A stretch of DNA of 64,000 bases, from assembly GCA_965644295.1 (NCBI GenBank), contig CBFFRP010000126.1, forward strand, positions 42,726-106,725. Reading direction: 5' to 3'. This document shows, in pieces, positions 1-12,500 of this stretch. The notes beneath the pieces were generated by a model. The model did not search any database and was not told the origin of the DNA. It was given only the letters and a program-made list of their open reading frames with translations. The translations under genes were made by a program, and so were the position numbers. The stretch's first letter is position 1; every line of letters begins with the position of its first letter. Source of the stretch: Paraphysomonas bandaiensis. Taxonomy: Eukaryota; Protista; Chrysophyceae.

Positions 1-2658
1 AAAATGTTCCATCTCGCCCATATCCTTCATATCAAACCGGGCACACAGTTGAGCTTTAATATCCTTCACTCTGTTGACATCACGACCTAACACTAGGATA
101 TCATCTACATATATCGTTAATAATATCAATTCATCGCCCTTATACTGATAATACAAACACGGGTCTAATACACATGGTTTAAAATGCATAGATCGTATGA
201 ATTTATCCAATGTTTTCCACCACGACCGCGGGGAACTCCGAAGCCCGTATAACGACTTCTTCAACTTAAAGCAGTACCCCTCAGGCAGCTGAAAGTCCGG
301 AGTTGCCTTCATATATACGTCCCCCTCTATATCTGCATATAGAAATGCGTTAGACACATCCAGTTGATGAATTACCATGTTCATCACGAAGGCTATGGCG
401 ATTAACAGTCGCACTGTTACCCCCTTAACAATGGGTGCGAAATGGTTCGCCCAACCACTCGACTGCTGTCCACAACCGATTGCTACAAGACGAGCCTTAT
501 ATCGGCGGACCTCTCCCTCCTTATCGTACTTCTTTCCATAGACGTACTTGGAGTGCAGTGGGATGACTCCGTCCGGTATACGAGTCACCTCCATGGTATC
601 TCGCTTCGCCAAACCCTCTCGCTCTACACGGCGAGCTCGTCTCCACTCCCTGTGCTCGGCACTCTCCAAGGACTCACGATGTGTCTGAGTTTGCTGACTA
701 ATAAGTTCGGATCCTCCATCGGCATGATACTCCACTATACGGTTCCACCCCTCGTACTTCACTAAGTGGACCTCGCACAAGTGTCGTAGACATTTGAACA
801 CCTCCTCTCCGCTTCGAGTCCTCAATCCATATTCCCATATCATCTTTGTTGCTAAGTCCGTAAATAGGAGCACGTACTTATACCCTTGTCTGGATTCACA
901 ATTGAGATAGACGGAGATGTCCGCTGTTACTCTTTCCAGGAACCTGACTGCGCTTAGCTCTTCGTTGTCCCGTGATTTGAACGAATGCCTGGTTATCTTC
1001 GCCTTGGCACACCATTTACACAGGGGTTTCTTGCAACTCTTCTCCTTTGCCTTCGAAAGGTGATGTCGTTGTAGTCCTGATCCTCTGAATAACATGTGTC
1101 GGTGAGCTTCTATTAACTTCGATTTCGAGACATGTCCAGTACGCTCATGTAAGCGATCCAACGCATCTTGTCCTGTATTATCCGACAAATTTACCTCCTC
1201 CATCTGATTGCACATAGACACATTTGGCAGATTTAACACCTCCATCAAGTCCACATACGGCATTCCTCCATGCTCATCGTACTCTCCAGTCAACACCTCG
1301 TTTCCAGAGTCCAATTCCACGATTTTAGGCTTTCGAAGCAGTTGTAATCCGTATCCCATTGATCTCAGCATTCCTCCTGACACAATGTTCTTCACCGCTT
1401 CTTCACTAACTCTGATGTCTCTCCATTCCCCGAATGTACCAGTTCCCTGTGTCTCCAATTGAGAACCCTTTCTAGTTAGTTGGATTGCCCCAAACTCAGG
1501 AGTAAATGACTCCAGTGCAATTTTATCCTTTACTATAAACAGTCTTTTACTTGCACAACTGTCCAGATATACACGAGGTTCTTCCGACGTATCCACCGAT
1601 AGCAAAACCTCTTCTCCAAACATATTCGCTTCATCATCCGACGACTCTCCGTCGTTGACGTATTTCTTCCATTCTGTCTCGAATTTCCTGTTCGATTTTC
1701 GAGGATTCTCATTATCCGGGTTTTTTATGTTCTTCCGTTTTTTCGACTTGCACTGTCGGGCTTTATGACTAAAATCTCCACAGATATGACAACCAGTATA
1801 ATCCTTTGATCCTGGCTGCTGCACACTCTTCGAAGCTTTTTCCTTTGTCTTCCCTTTTCTTTTGAACTTGTCCATTTTTCTTTGTCGTTCCTTAGCATAA
1901 CAATTCGCTGCTACATGTCCCTTCTTCCGACAAAATGAACAAACCACTGGCTCCTTCGACGCCGTAAAATTGATCTCTTCAGATTTGTCTCCCTTTAGTT
2001 TCTTCAGCTGCGTCATAGCCTCGTCATACTCTTCACAAGCCTCTTTCACCGAATCAAATGTAGTTGTTGCTTTAGGCATCATCGCTACCGACATCCATAA
2101 ATCATGTAATTCCTCTATCTGCAGCGCTGCTTTTATCTTTGCTAATTTACTTGCCTCTGTCTGCGGTTGTCCCAATTTTATGAGCTTCTGGATTATACCG
2201 TTCAGTCGATCTACCCCAACAGACACCTTTTCCCCCGGCCTTATTTTGAACGAATGGTATTCTGCCGTAGTCTTCTCCAATACAGTCCCAATCTCGCCTC
2301 TGAACCTATCAACCAGTGTCTGAAGGAGCTCACTGGATAACACCTCCTTAGCAGGATCATCAGCAGGTAAAATTGCCTTCCCCTCCAAATATTGATTGGC
2401 TACCTCCAACACATCAGGGTCATGCTCGCAAGCCTCCCAAATAGTACTAACACAGGTATCATTACGCTCTCTCCATGACTCTAAATTCCTTCCTCCGGCT
2501 GGCGGGTCCTCCAAGCCAAGATGGTTTCGGTTTTTCTTCATTAGATGCATCTTGATTTTTCTCGCTGAATAGTCTGCTTGGTTCTTGTCAAACCGTAGCT
2601 TCTTGTCATCTTCCCCATCCCTACAACTAGCATTCGCTACCATAACAGAAGTTGACAT
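1..2658 (-). CDS. Copia Gag-Pol polyprotein (3'-partial; integrase internally deleted in frame)
   Basis: The frame from ATG 2658 (MSTSVMV...) runs to the window edge. It contains two CCHC knuckles (CSFCRKKGHVAANC, CHICGDFSHKARQC), protease YLDSCAS, the LHERTGH...CKWC zinc-binding region, integrase FTD..HADGG, and RT motifs YKARLVA, HQLDVSNAF, KKSLYGL and IYVDD. Confidence 0.9.
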   Translation of the reverse strand, partial: MSTSVMVANASCRDGEDDKKLRFDKNQADYSARKIKMHLMKKNRNHLGLEDPPAGGRNLESWRERNDTCVSTIWEACEHDPDVLEVANQYLEGKAILPADDPAKEVLSSELLQTLVDRFRGEIGTVLEKTTAEYHSFKIRPGEKVSVGVDRLNGIIQKLIKLGQPQTEASKLAKIKAALQIEELHDLWMSVAMMPKATTTFDSVKEACEEYDEAMTQLKKLKGDKSEEINFTASKEPVVCSFCRKKGHVAANCYAKERQRKMDKFKRKGKTKEKASKSVQQPGSKDYTGCHICGDFSHKARQCKSKKRKNIKNPDNENPRKSNRKFETEWKKYVNDGESSDDEANMFGEEVLLSVDTSEEPRVYLDSCASKRLFIVKDKIALESFTPEFGAIQLTRKGSQLETQGTGTFGEWRDIRVSEEAVKNIVSGGMLRSMGYGLQLLRKPKIVELDSGNEVLTGEYDEHGGMPYVDLMEVLNLPNVSMCNQMEEVNLSDNTGQDALDRLHERTGHVSKSKLIEAHRHMLFRGSGLQRHHLSKAKEKSCKKPLCKWCAKAKITRHSFKSRDNEELSAVRFLERVTADISVYLNCESRQGYKYVLLFTDLATKMIWEYGLRTRSGEEVFKCLRHLCEVHLVKYEGWNRIVEYHADGGSELISQQTQTHRESLESAEHREWRRARRVEREGLAKRDTMEVTRIPDGVIPLHSKYVYGKKYDKEGEVRRYKARLVAIGCGQQSSGWANHFAPIVKGVTVRLLIAIAFVMNMVIHQLDVSNAFLYADIEGDVYMKATPDFQLPEGYCFKLKKSLYGLRSSPRSWWKTLDKFIRSMHFKPCVLDPCLYYQYKGDELILLTIYVDDILVLGRDVNRVKDIKAQLCARFDMKDMGEMEHF

Positions 2659-2935
2659 TATTTGCTAAGGTTTACTATTCTCAACTGATAAGATGAAATT
2701 ATAAACATTACATGATAAAGAACCTAAGTTGTGTTCGATGTGTTCAACACCATTCATTTACTACTATAGTGTACAAACCACACACTCAGTGATCGTATCC
2801 TGTATAGTCACCCACTTCTACTTCAGTTTCATACTACACAATATAATGTACTAATTACATACATATCTTTCGATCCTTGCATCTCACATAATACTGCACT
2901 CAATTGCAAGTATATAGAATCTTCAGATCTCAACA
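1..2935 (-). mobile_element. Ty1/copia LTR retrotransposon, 5' part (putative 5' LTR ~2686-2935), running off the window edge
   Basis: Domains occur in copia order gag-PR-IN-RT (see CDS). The putative LTR reads TGTTG...TTATCA on the minus strand, 28 bp upstream of the gag ATG. The second LTR lies outside the window. Confidence 0.9.
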
Positions 2936-3446
2936 ATTCATAGAACACTTGGATGTTCATCAGTCAGCCAGCCAGCCCCAAATTACCATTAAATCTCATG
3001 TTCGTTATCCATCAGTAATTAGTACAAGGAAGATTCGAAAGCTGAACTATGAATGCCATATACAAAGTTGAGCCTTTGGCTGTTTAGACGCTCTTCACTA
3101 AAATAAACTATACTATAGCCGAAGCTATCTTGAAAATACACTGTGGTTGATTACTCTATTGATTACTCTATTGTATTAGAAAGTTAGAGCGGAAGTATTT
3201 TGCAAACTCATACGCCCTAATACTACATATAACGTATTATTATTAGCAAAAGAAGTTGGCATTGAGATACTAAATTTGAATCAAAATTTAATACACATTA
3301 AGCTCTTCTTCTACGTTTAACACACTTTCCACACCACAAGCAACAAGGTGCAACCATTCTCGCTACCAACCACTCAAATCAAGAGTAGTGAGCAAGCAGA
3401 ATGTTGCCATAACTGACAGCTTGACCTTCAGCAGCCCTAAAACCCT

Positions 3447-3660
3447 GGATGCCCTTGATGGCCCCATTCCCGGATGCCTGTATATTCATCAAGGCTCAGA
3501 GTCTACACAAGTGATAATGAAGTGGCTATGAGTGGGAAGACCATTATCTGCTGTCTATTAATACGGCTCAAGTTAGTTTCCCGGAAAAATCTCTCGTTAC
3601 TTATCCCCCAGAACACCACAAAAAAGATGCAAGTCGACTTTGAGGTGCTCTTACACTAAA
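3447..3660. repeat. Dispersed non-coding repeat, copy 1
   Basis: The blocks cccattcccggatgcctg...ctacacaagtga...ggctatgagtggg...gtttcccgga..ttatcccccagaac recur at ~18945-19165 and partly at ~29478-29600. Confidence 0.75.
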
Positions 3661-4146
3661 ACTCCAATCGAGGTCATTCCTTTTCCCGGAATTTCGCATC
3701 CCAGCACGAACGATACACTCATTTCGTCACTCCTAGAAGTATGGTTCGGGAGAACGAGTTAACTTTGCAGCACAATGTAGTTTGCTCTATCATTTCAGAG
3801 CAGTTTTTGACTGTAGTGAAGAGTGTAAAAAATATCCTTCTTTTTTTGGTGCTTTTTTAGTTTATATCCAGAAGTACGTACAAGAGTAAGAGTTGTTCTT
3901 TCTTGTATCATATCTGTGTGGTATACCACCCACACAACATGCTGCATATACAACAACATAGCTATATATGTATATATGCCTACTTCCGACATCTCATCCT
4001 TGTTAATTCTGTAAGCAGCACACCATATCTACTGACTTCATCTCATCCCGTTATATCGAGTTGAAAGTCGACTAACTTTGTTTATTATTACATATTGATA
4101 TTCCAGGATACTATCAACTATAAGATCTCATTCAAAGAAAGTCGCT

Positions 4147-6640
4147 ATGTCGGCCGCCTCCACTTTTGTTACTTTGGAACATATGCGGTTTGATAACCGT
4201 AATCTAGAGGCATTGCCAGTTGATAAGTCATTAAATCCGAATAGCCGTCAAGTGCCCGGCGCTGTTTTTAGCCTCTGTACTCCTCAGCCAGGTGGCCGAA
4301 TTCCCTACTACAAGGGTCTCTTTTCACATGTTTTGTGTAGTTGTCCGTCCCCGAATTGTAGCTGCGTCGGCTGATGCTCTCAGCTTGTTAGGTCTTGACC
4401 CTGCCATGGACTGGACATCTCCTGAATTTGCTGCATACTTCAGTGGAAGCAACCCGATCCCAGGGTCGATGCCGGCCGCTCATTGCTACTGTGGCCATCA
4501 GTTTGGGTCGTTTGCGGGCCAACTTGGAGATGGTGCTGCAATGTATCTGGGTGAAGTGATAAACCCAGCAACATCGGAGAGATGGGAGCTACAGCTGAAG
4601 GGCTCAGGCCCGACTCCGTTTTCCCGTTCCTCGGACGGACGAAAAGTTCTCAGGAGCTCAATCAGAGAATTTCTTGCGTCTGAGGCCCTCCACAACCTCG
4701 GTCGGTATTTTACAGCACAATGTTCATTACTAATTACGCCGCTGGTACAGGTATCCCAACTACCAGGTCTGCGACAATTGTTACCTCAGACTCAACTGTG
4801 GCGCGAGATATTTTCTACTCCGGAAACGTTATCCAGGAGCGGTGTACTGTCATATCGCGAATCGCGCAAAATTTTTTCAGATTTGGATCGTTCGAGATAT
4901 TTAAGGCGGGGAACCCTGCGTTAGGGGAACGACAAGGTTTAACAAGCAAATTGCTAGCGAAATAAAACTGTGATGTGGCATGCGCAGGACCAAGCGCTGG
5001 TCGAGAAGATCTGAAAAATATTCTAATGGAGCACGTGATTACATACTACCCGGACATAGCAGGCGAGTCTGACGACAGAACTCGATATAGACTGTTCTTT
5101 GAAGAGGTCTTGAAACGGACGGTTGACTTGGTTGTCATGTTAGTCGACAAATAGGCATAGGCTTTGTTGTAAGTATATGTGGAATGCACAGGTGGCAAAC
5201 TCTAGGATTTGTGCATGGTGTTCTCAACACCGATAACATGTCGATAATGGGACTTACCATAGGTATTTTGTCTTTTTTCTTTCTCTCAAGATGTCACATA
5301 CATGCTCTTTAGATTATGGGCCATTCGCGTTCATGGAAGGATTCGACGAAGGTCTGTAGCTAATATATGAAGTATGTTACCAATGGTTGAAGTTTAGATT
5401 TTACTCCTAATGGCTCGGACGGATCGGCCCGATATAGTTACAAGCGTCAAGTGGCTATATGCAAGTAAGTATGTCTTGCTCTCCGCCATATACATACCTC
5501 ATCTAGAAATGAAGGTGGAATCTGGAGCGTCTATCGGAGGCACTCAGTCCACTGTTGGACAGCGGTGATGCAACCCGCGCCCTGACTTGCTATGATGACA
5601 TGTTCAGAGAGCAGTATGCTGTTCGTATGAGAAGGAAACTTGGACTACTTTGTGTGGAGGAAGGTAGGCGCTCCGATAAGTAGCACCCTTTTAATGACGG
5701 TTTGCGTTGTGTGGTGACGCAGGTGACACGACACTTATTGAAGACTATTTTAAAGCCATGGGCGAATGTTGGACAGATTTCACAGGCACAGTTTCCCTAT
5801 CTTTTATTGTAGTTTTTAATTATAGTTGTTGGTACATAGATTCTTTCCAGTGTTTGAATATACTTGTGAGGGAGCTCTGTGTGGAAGACAATGGGACTGA
5901 GGCTAAAATCGAACGCGCAGTACAGAGAATGGTTAGGGCGATGCTAGTACGAGTTTAAAAAAGTTTATGTTTTGCATCACAGGTGTCTCGGTCTCTGTCT
6001 CCGGAAGCAATTGCTTCGGCGCAGACAAGGAAGCTCAAGATTGTTGGTGGCTCTCGGGTGCCCGAGGGACAGTTGCGTATGATCATGGCGTTAATTGAGG
6101 CTGATCCGCAGCAGGCATCTTCTCACTTTGGAGGGATACCTGTAGAGGATTTGAGGGCAGAGATACAAGGGGAGCTCAGTAAATTTGACATGGCATCTGC
6201 TATTAGGAAACAGACGGAGGAGGTGACAGCGATGTCGGAAGAAAGAAAGGTATATGCTTTCGAATTCCTATTGCACATGGTGTTTATGGTTAACACAGAA
6301 AGAGCGGGACGGAAGAGTGTGGCGGGAGTGGTTGAGTCGGTATGTAGTGCGTATTCAGCGGGAAATGTCACCGGGGAGTGCAGACGAAAGAGTAGAGACC
6401 ATGAGAATGTCAAACCCGTCCTTTGTTATTAGAAACTGGATATGTCAGAAGGCAATTGAAGCTGCTGAAGAAGGAGACTACTCCAAAGTTAGAAAAGTTC
6501 TGGAATTGGCACAGCAACCTTTTAACCCTGATCTATCAACTTTTATCAACGAACAAAGTAGGGGGGAGGATGGTTACAATGAATTTCTTGGTACAGCTCC
6601 AGAGTGGGCACCCTCATTGACATGCACTTGCTCGTCGTAG
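4147..6640 (+). CDS. SELENOO: Selenoprotein O / protein adenylyltransferase (UPF0061), Cys-type C-terminus, ~11 introns
   Basis: Motifs [67 protein letters not shown] and NPSFVIRNW. The protein ends CTCSS*. Exons are joined by ~50-nt introns. Confidence 0.95.
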
Positions 6641-6955
6641 TGTGGATGAGTACCAATAGTTATTACTTAACGATAGTATTTTGTCTTGTCTACATCTAAA
6701 ATGTCAAGGGTTTTGGGATATATATTGTATCGCTGACTTCACACCAATATTGCTTGATAGGGATCATCAATACAAATCACACATTACCTTGCACTGATAC
6801 TACGCTGAAGTTAACCTTACCTTATTTAACTTACCTTACACAACTTACTTTCAAGGTAGAATTATAATTATTAATATTTCAAGTGACATGTGGTGAACAT
6901 CTGTTTATTGCTTATCCTGTGCACCAGCCAAACCTATATTTTATATTTTACATAG

Positions 6956-8085
6956 CAGGGCTGCGTATCAATTAATTGACGCATGTCAATTATAATTGCA
7001 ATTATTACTTGCCGTCTCTATTTCAATTATTGCAATATTAATTGAAATTATTTAGTACTAAACTACACTAACTGCCAATATAATTACCTCAACTGTCAAA
7101 TCATTTTTTAAGAGGCGACGAGTAGCTCTTAAAAGTTGAGGAGTCAAGCTCCTGCACAAGCCCGTCATAACAATCGTAGCTCTACTGAACAACCTTTCAA
7201 CCTCAAGTCGTTGTGGCGTGCAAGTGTTTCATGATGCGATAACAAGTTTGCTGATTAAGACGTGCTCGCTTCCGTTGCCTTCTACCATCAATCAAACGTT
7301 GGGCTGCGTCGTCATTCGGAAATATACTCGCACCGTCATAATCTTCTTCCTCATCGAGCAAAACTATTTTAATTTGATCTTCTTCCGTCCGAATTACGGC
7401 TTCGTTGCCACATTGAATCTTCACGACTGCCTTTTTGAAAGCAGCGTTATGAACAATAGCAGCACTGTTGCCCAGATGACGCTCAACAATCGGGTGCCTT
7501 ATGATGAGTTCGTCAAACAATGTACAAACGTCGTGGATGTCAAGCTGGTGTTAACCTTCTGTAATATTGTAAGGACACTAGTTGAAACGATTCCTATTCC
7601 TTCCGTATTGCACGAGCTTGGCATGCTTCTTTTCACTTGACATTAGACTTAACACGTCGGAACCAAACTCGAATGAGTGCATATGATTAGATAGAAGTAA
7701 GTAGCAGTCAATCATGGCTATTGTGGAGCCCCTTTTCCTACAGGACAAATCTCTATTTTGCAGCCTCTTCGTTATTATCATTTACTTTCTCAAATAAAAC
7801 TCGTGCAATGACTTCTGGTGCCAGTTTGTCCCTCATATCGCTAATTAAGTTAAATGAATTACTATGTGAGATGTGAGATAATCCTATGGATATTATCTTT
7901 CACAAATCGAATCGTAAAAATTGGACTTTTCAATAAAAATGCCTTTTAACAACTTTTTAGCATAAAAAGGTGTTTTTCTATGAATTAATTGCAATTAATT
8001 GAAGCGAGATGAAGTCAATTATAATTGCGATTTTGATTTGTTGTCCCAATTTCAATAATTGACAATTAATTGATACGCAATCCTA
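6956..8085 (-). mobile_element. Non-autonomous hAT DNA transposon (internally deleted)
   Basis: TIRs CAGGGCTGCGTATCAATTAATTG / CAATTAATTGATACGCAATCCTA, a perfect 8-bp TSD TTACATAG (6948-6955 and 8086-8093), and a decayed transposase C-terminus on the minus strand (~7100-7560, RLFS). Confidence 0.9.
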
Positions 8086-8538
8086 TTACATAGTCGTACA
8101 CAAGCAACTGAATTTACTTCCTGTGTAACTATATTTGCCCGTCACAACTATATACTGGTTTCACCTCTTGTACACTATAAGCTCACTCAATTGCACAATA
8201 TATATGGTATCATATATCATACTGAGTACAGTAGAACTTTTAATCATTACGAACATTTTCGTAAAATAATTACAGCTACTATAACTACACTTTATAATGT
8301 AATATATGCATTATTTACTTTTAGCTATTGCCAATGCTATTGATCAAACGAAAGTTTTATAATCGAATTTTGCAAACTGTTCTTGTGGATGACGCGCGAA
8401 GTGCTACTGACATAGACCTAATACTGTACTGAGAGCGTGAGATATGACTAAAATGTGAATAGAGTCACCAAAGGTTTAATTACGTAAAATCATGAAATAT
8501 TGCTACTTTTCTTACAAGACAAGACTCAACGAACTTGC

Positions 8539-8804
8539 CTACATTCCGCCAACTATAATGTTGTTGATTGGAATATGAACAAGCTTCACAAAGAACCCAA
8601 TGAATCCCATCATAACGAAACCAATTCCGGTTGCTTTGGCAATTTTTGCGAACTCTGTTGAGTGAATTATTATTGTGTCATTGAGATTATTCAGTTTTCA
8701 TCCATACCTTTCCTGTCAGGCTTAGTGCACTTCTTAACGAGGTAAATAGAGTCCTTCACGAACTTCTTCAAAGGATCAATGATAAGGGAATTGACGTCAG
8801 ACAT
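8539..8804 (-). CDS. SEC61G: Protein transport protein Sec61 subunit gamma (2 exons; missed by the ORF track)
   Basis: Exons 8804-8708 and 8654-8539 give [70 protein letters not shown]. The intron is GT-AG. Confidence 0.96.
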
Positions 8805-9567
8805 TGTAGAGATATACTAACAGACTATCAAGGTGTGGATATGATATATATGACGGTGAGGTAAATATAGAAAAGAGAGTATGAATCATATGCCTGTATA
8901 TAGTACCGTACGTTCATGAGCTATAATATATGTGCCAAATCTGTAGTCCCGTTATGTATGCGAAATTTGATGCAACTTTTTTTTTGCCAATGTGTGGTGA
9001 ACGGTGAAGGATGACTATATTCACAGGATGATCAGTTGCTGTGTGTGATTGTTTTTTGATATGAGCAATATCTTTCAGCGAAATCTATATGATACCTACT
9101 CATTCAACGCTATGGAGGCCTTCATGTGAAAGGAATATCACAATGACTCGATTATGATGCCTCAGCTGTCATGGTAAAGTAAAGTAGCCTTCTTGATGAA
9201 ACAATGAAACGATCTATATATCTAATGCACCGTTAAGTGTTAAACGTCCCTCGACAAAATACAGAATTTTTTGAGTTCCGGTACAAAAAAGGGAACAAAA
9301 TAGTCGCACTTTGTTTTTTTGTGTTGATGCACTGTATTTGAGATGCTCCATGTTGATCTGTCGTTTCACATACATTAAATTATCGAAGTGAAGAGATTGA
9401 TTAAGATGATAATTCAGACTCAGAGAAGTTTATTCTCTTCTACGACACTTCACATACTCGAATACTATTAATATCTAGATATTAGTGTAGTGTTACGACT
9501 ATTCTATGCCTGTGTATTTCTGTTAGTATTATAATTGCAACTCTTCTTCTAGACTATCTTTAGTTCC

Positions 9568-12500
9568 ATGGCAACGGATGCAAAGGTTTCCCCACAGGTG
9601 ACTTCATCGAAGGCTCCCGCCCCTTCTCCGCTACAAAGACGCATGTCATTCGCAAAGGGATCGAAGAGTTTCGATTCCTCATCATTCGCTCATTTAATTG
9701 AGAAAACAGCCAGTAATGACCCAGAGAAAACCCCAATGATGGAAGTGATACGACTTAAAGTAAAGAAGTGGCTCGCAGCTTCATTTTTTGGTCGAATTTA
9801 TGTATATATTCTTCTGATTTTAAGTGTCCTATCCTGTGCGCAATATATTTATCAAACTTACTTAAACGAAAACGATCCTCAGGATAAGGTTCGTTTTTTC
9901 TGCTGGATTCTATGTAGTGTGGTGGTTATGGGGTTTATTGCAGGAGCTGCTGAATATTTTTGCACTTCTTGAGCTCTTTCTTGCTGCGCTTTTCGCGTTT
10001 GATTGGTGCCTGCATCTGTTTCTGGCGGACCACAGATGGGATCACTTCTTCAGGTGTAAAAAATAACGCATGGTGGATCCTTCGCAAGAGTAAATGTTTT
10101 CGTTATGTAGTTTTTTTGCCATGGTGGACTTTACCACTGTGATCCCCATCTGGTTAACTTATTACGTATTCACGAACCCCGTTGAATACCACGATATTCA
10201 TAATGTAGACGACGCGATTAATTACGCCCTCCGTGGTGCATATACATTGCGGATTCTACGAGCATTGCGTGTTCATCGACTACTAGTTCATATTGAGGAT
10301 GAGGTTGAGCGTTTTCTTAGCCAAATGCTTCTCTCTGTGGTGACCATGATTTTGTTTGGTATGTGTCTATATTATTTAGTGTTGCGTATTTCTCATCGTT
10401 TTGTAGATTCGGCCATCATGCAGTATCTCGAGAAACAGCAACATGATGAAAAGTTCCACACGTGGATGTATTTTTTGGTGGTATCCATATCCACTGTTGG
10501 CTACGGTTAGTTTTACCCAATGTGATTTTGCTCGTTTCATTCCCGCGCAGGTGATATTTCACCTGGTAGTACCCTTGGACGATTCATGGCCATGTTCTTC
10601 ATTTGCTTCGCTATCATCTTTGTACCAAAACAAACCAACGAGCTTATAGAAAAGATGAACCAGTCCTCAGTGTGGGCTCGCCACCACTACAAACCGCGGG
10701 GTAATACTAAGCATGTACTTATTTGTGGTGACCTGAGGTCAACCTCTCTATTGGAGTTCTTTAGCGAGCTCTTTCACGAGGACCATGAGAATATGAACCT
10801 CAATGCTGTTATACTACAGCCTGAACCTCCTAGCAGTGATATGCATGCAGTGTTGCGCGACCCTATCTTCTCGATTGTAACGCACTACTTAGAGGGAAGC
10901 CCACTCAATGACTCAGATCTCATGCGCGCGAAAGCTAATCAGGCCATTGCAATATTCCTCATGGGCAATAAGTTCAGTTCGAATCCTGACGAAGAAGATG
11001 CAAAGACAATCTTACAGCAGTTCAGTATCCGGCGTTTCATTACTTCCACGCAGTCATGCGACCCTCTTTTCTGTTTGCAGCTGATTCGTCCGGAGAACCG
11101 TCGGCATCTTGCGACCGAAGACCCCGACAGTGACAAAGAGCTCGTGGTGTGTCTGAATGAGATGAAGATGGGTGTTATTGCAAAAACATGCATGTTCCCG
11201 GGTACTGGCACTATGATCTTCAATCTTCTCACCTCATTCGCAGAGGATGATGATGATGATGATAACGATGCGGGAGATACAGATGGGCCGGGCAGTGATG
11301 AGGATTGCAGTGAGGACGACATGGATGACGGCGGGTCGTGGATGCAGGAGTACCAGCGCGGATGCGACTGGGAAATTTATACAACAGAAATGGCTGAAGT
11401 TTTCGAAGGTGCACGCTTCTGTGTCCTTTCCCAAAACCTATACAGCAAGCTCGGTGTAGTACTTTTCGCCTTGAGAATTCGAGAACTCAAGGGCAAGGGG
11501 CATGTCCGCGTACTGTTGAACCCTGCTGACTACGTTATTCCGTCTAAAGATAAATATTTCGTTGAGGGATTTGTAATCGCCAAGAATAAGGCATCGTCCG
11601 ACCTCTCGTTTCAGGGTATTGCCAGCTCTGATATTCGATCGTCTCAGCTCTCTCTCATTGCCAATGCTATTACGAAGACAGCAGAGGCGGGGACAAGTGC
11701 TTTCAGACGCCAATCTATGGCAGTGGGTATGGGGGCGCGAGGCATGAAACATTCTGACACTTCCGGCGGGCCGGTAAAGCACACCAACGCTGGTTGGCAG
11801 ACTATAATGAGCCAATATGAAAACCAGGATGTGAACCAGAATCAGCAAGAGGCTTTACAGAAGATTGAGGACGAAAATTTACGGAGGAACTATTTTGTTC
11901 GTGACGTTCCGAACGATTTGGCAGAGTCCATTGTTAAGACATCTGTACTTGAGGAATACCCGTACATGAACGGACATATGATTGTGATTGCGAAGGGACT
12001 TAGTAACCTATACGACTTTATTCGCCCCCTCAGAGCCAAGTATCTAGGCAGACTGCGTCATATTGTACTGCTGTACCCGTACGACATTCCACACAGTGTA
12101 TGGAGGCGCATCTCCATATTTGAGGGCATCCTCGTCGTGCGTGGGTCGCCACTTGAAGAGTCAGATATTCGTCGTGCAGGGATATTCAGAGCTCAACAGG
12201 TTGTAGTATTGGCCGATCCAAACTCAGATAATGGAAATCAAGGTATAGACGCACTTGTGGATGCAGATGCAATATTTACCTACCATTGCGTGCGCCGACT
12301 GAATGAGAAGGCTCAGATAATGATAGAGATTGTGCGTCATCAGAACGTAGGCTATTTGGACCCATCAATGAGTGTCAACACACACGATGCTGATTACAAG
12401 TTTACGCCACAGTTTGCAGCCGGAACCCTATTCACATCCAGTATGCTCGACTCTATCGTCTGTCAGGCCTTCTACAATCCACAGATTATTCGAGTTTTGG

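Noticed and set aside
442-2323. Plus-strand ORFs 442-765, 1208-1462 and 1970-2323
   Set aside because: They are antisense shadows of the copia polyprotein.
2661-2685. Possible non-canonical or self-priming PBS of the copia element (GTTGAGAATAG...)
   Set aside because: It has no TGG start and I found no complement in the LTR. The LTR boundary is unverified without the second LTR, so no claim is made.
6620-6900. Selenocysteine UGA/SECIS for SelO
   Set aside because: The codon is TGC and the stop is TAG, so no readthrough is needed.
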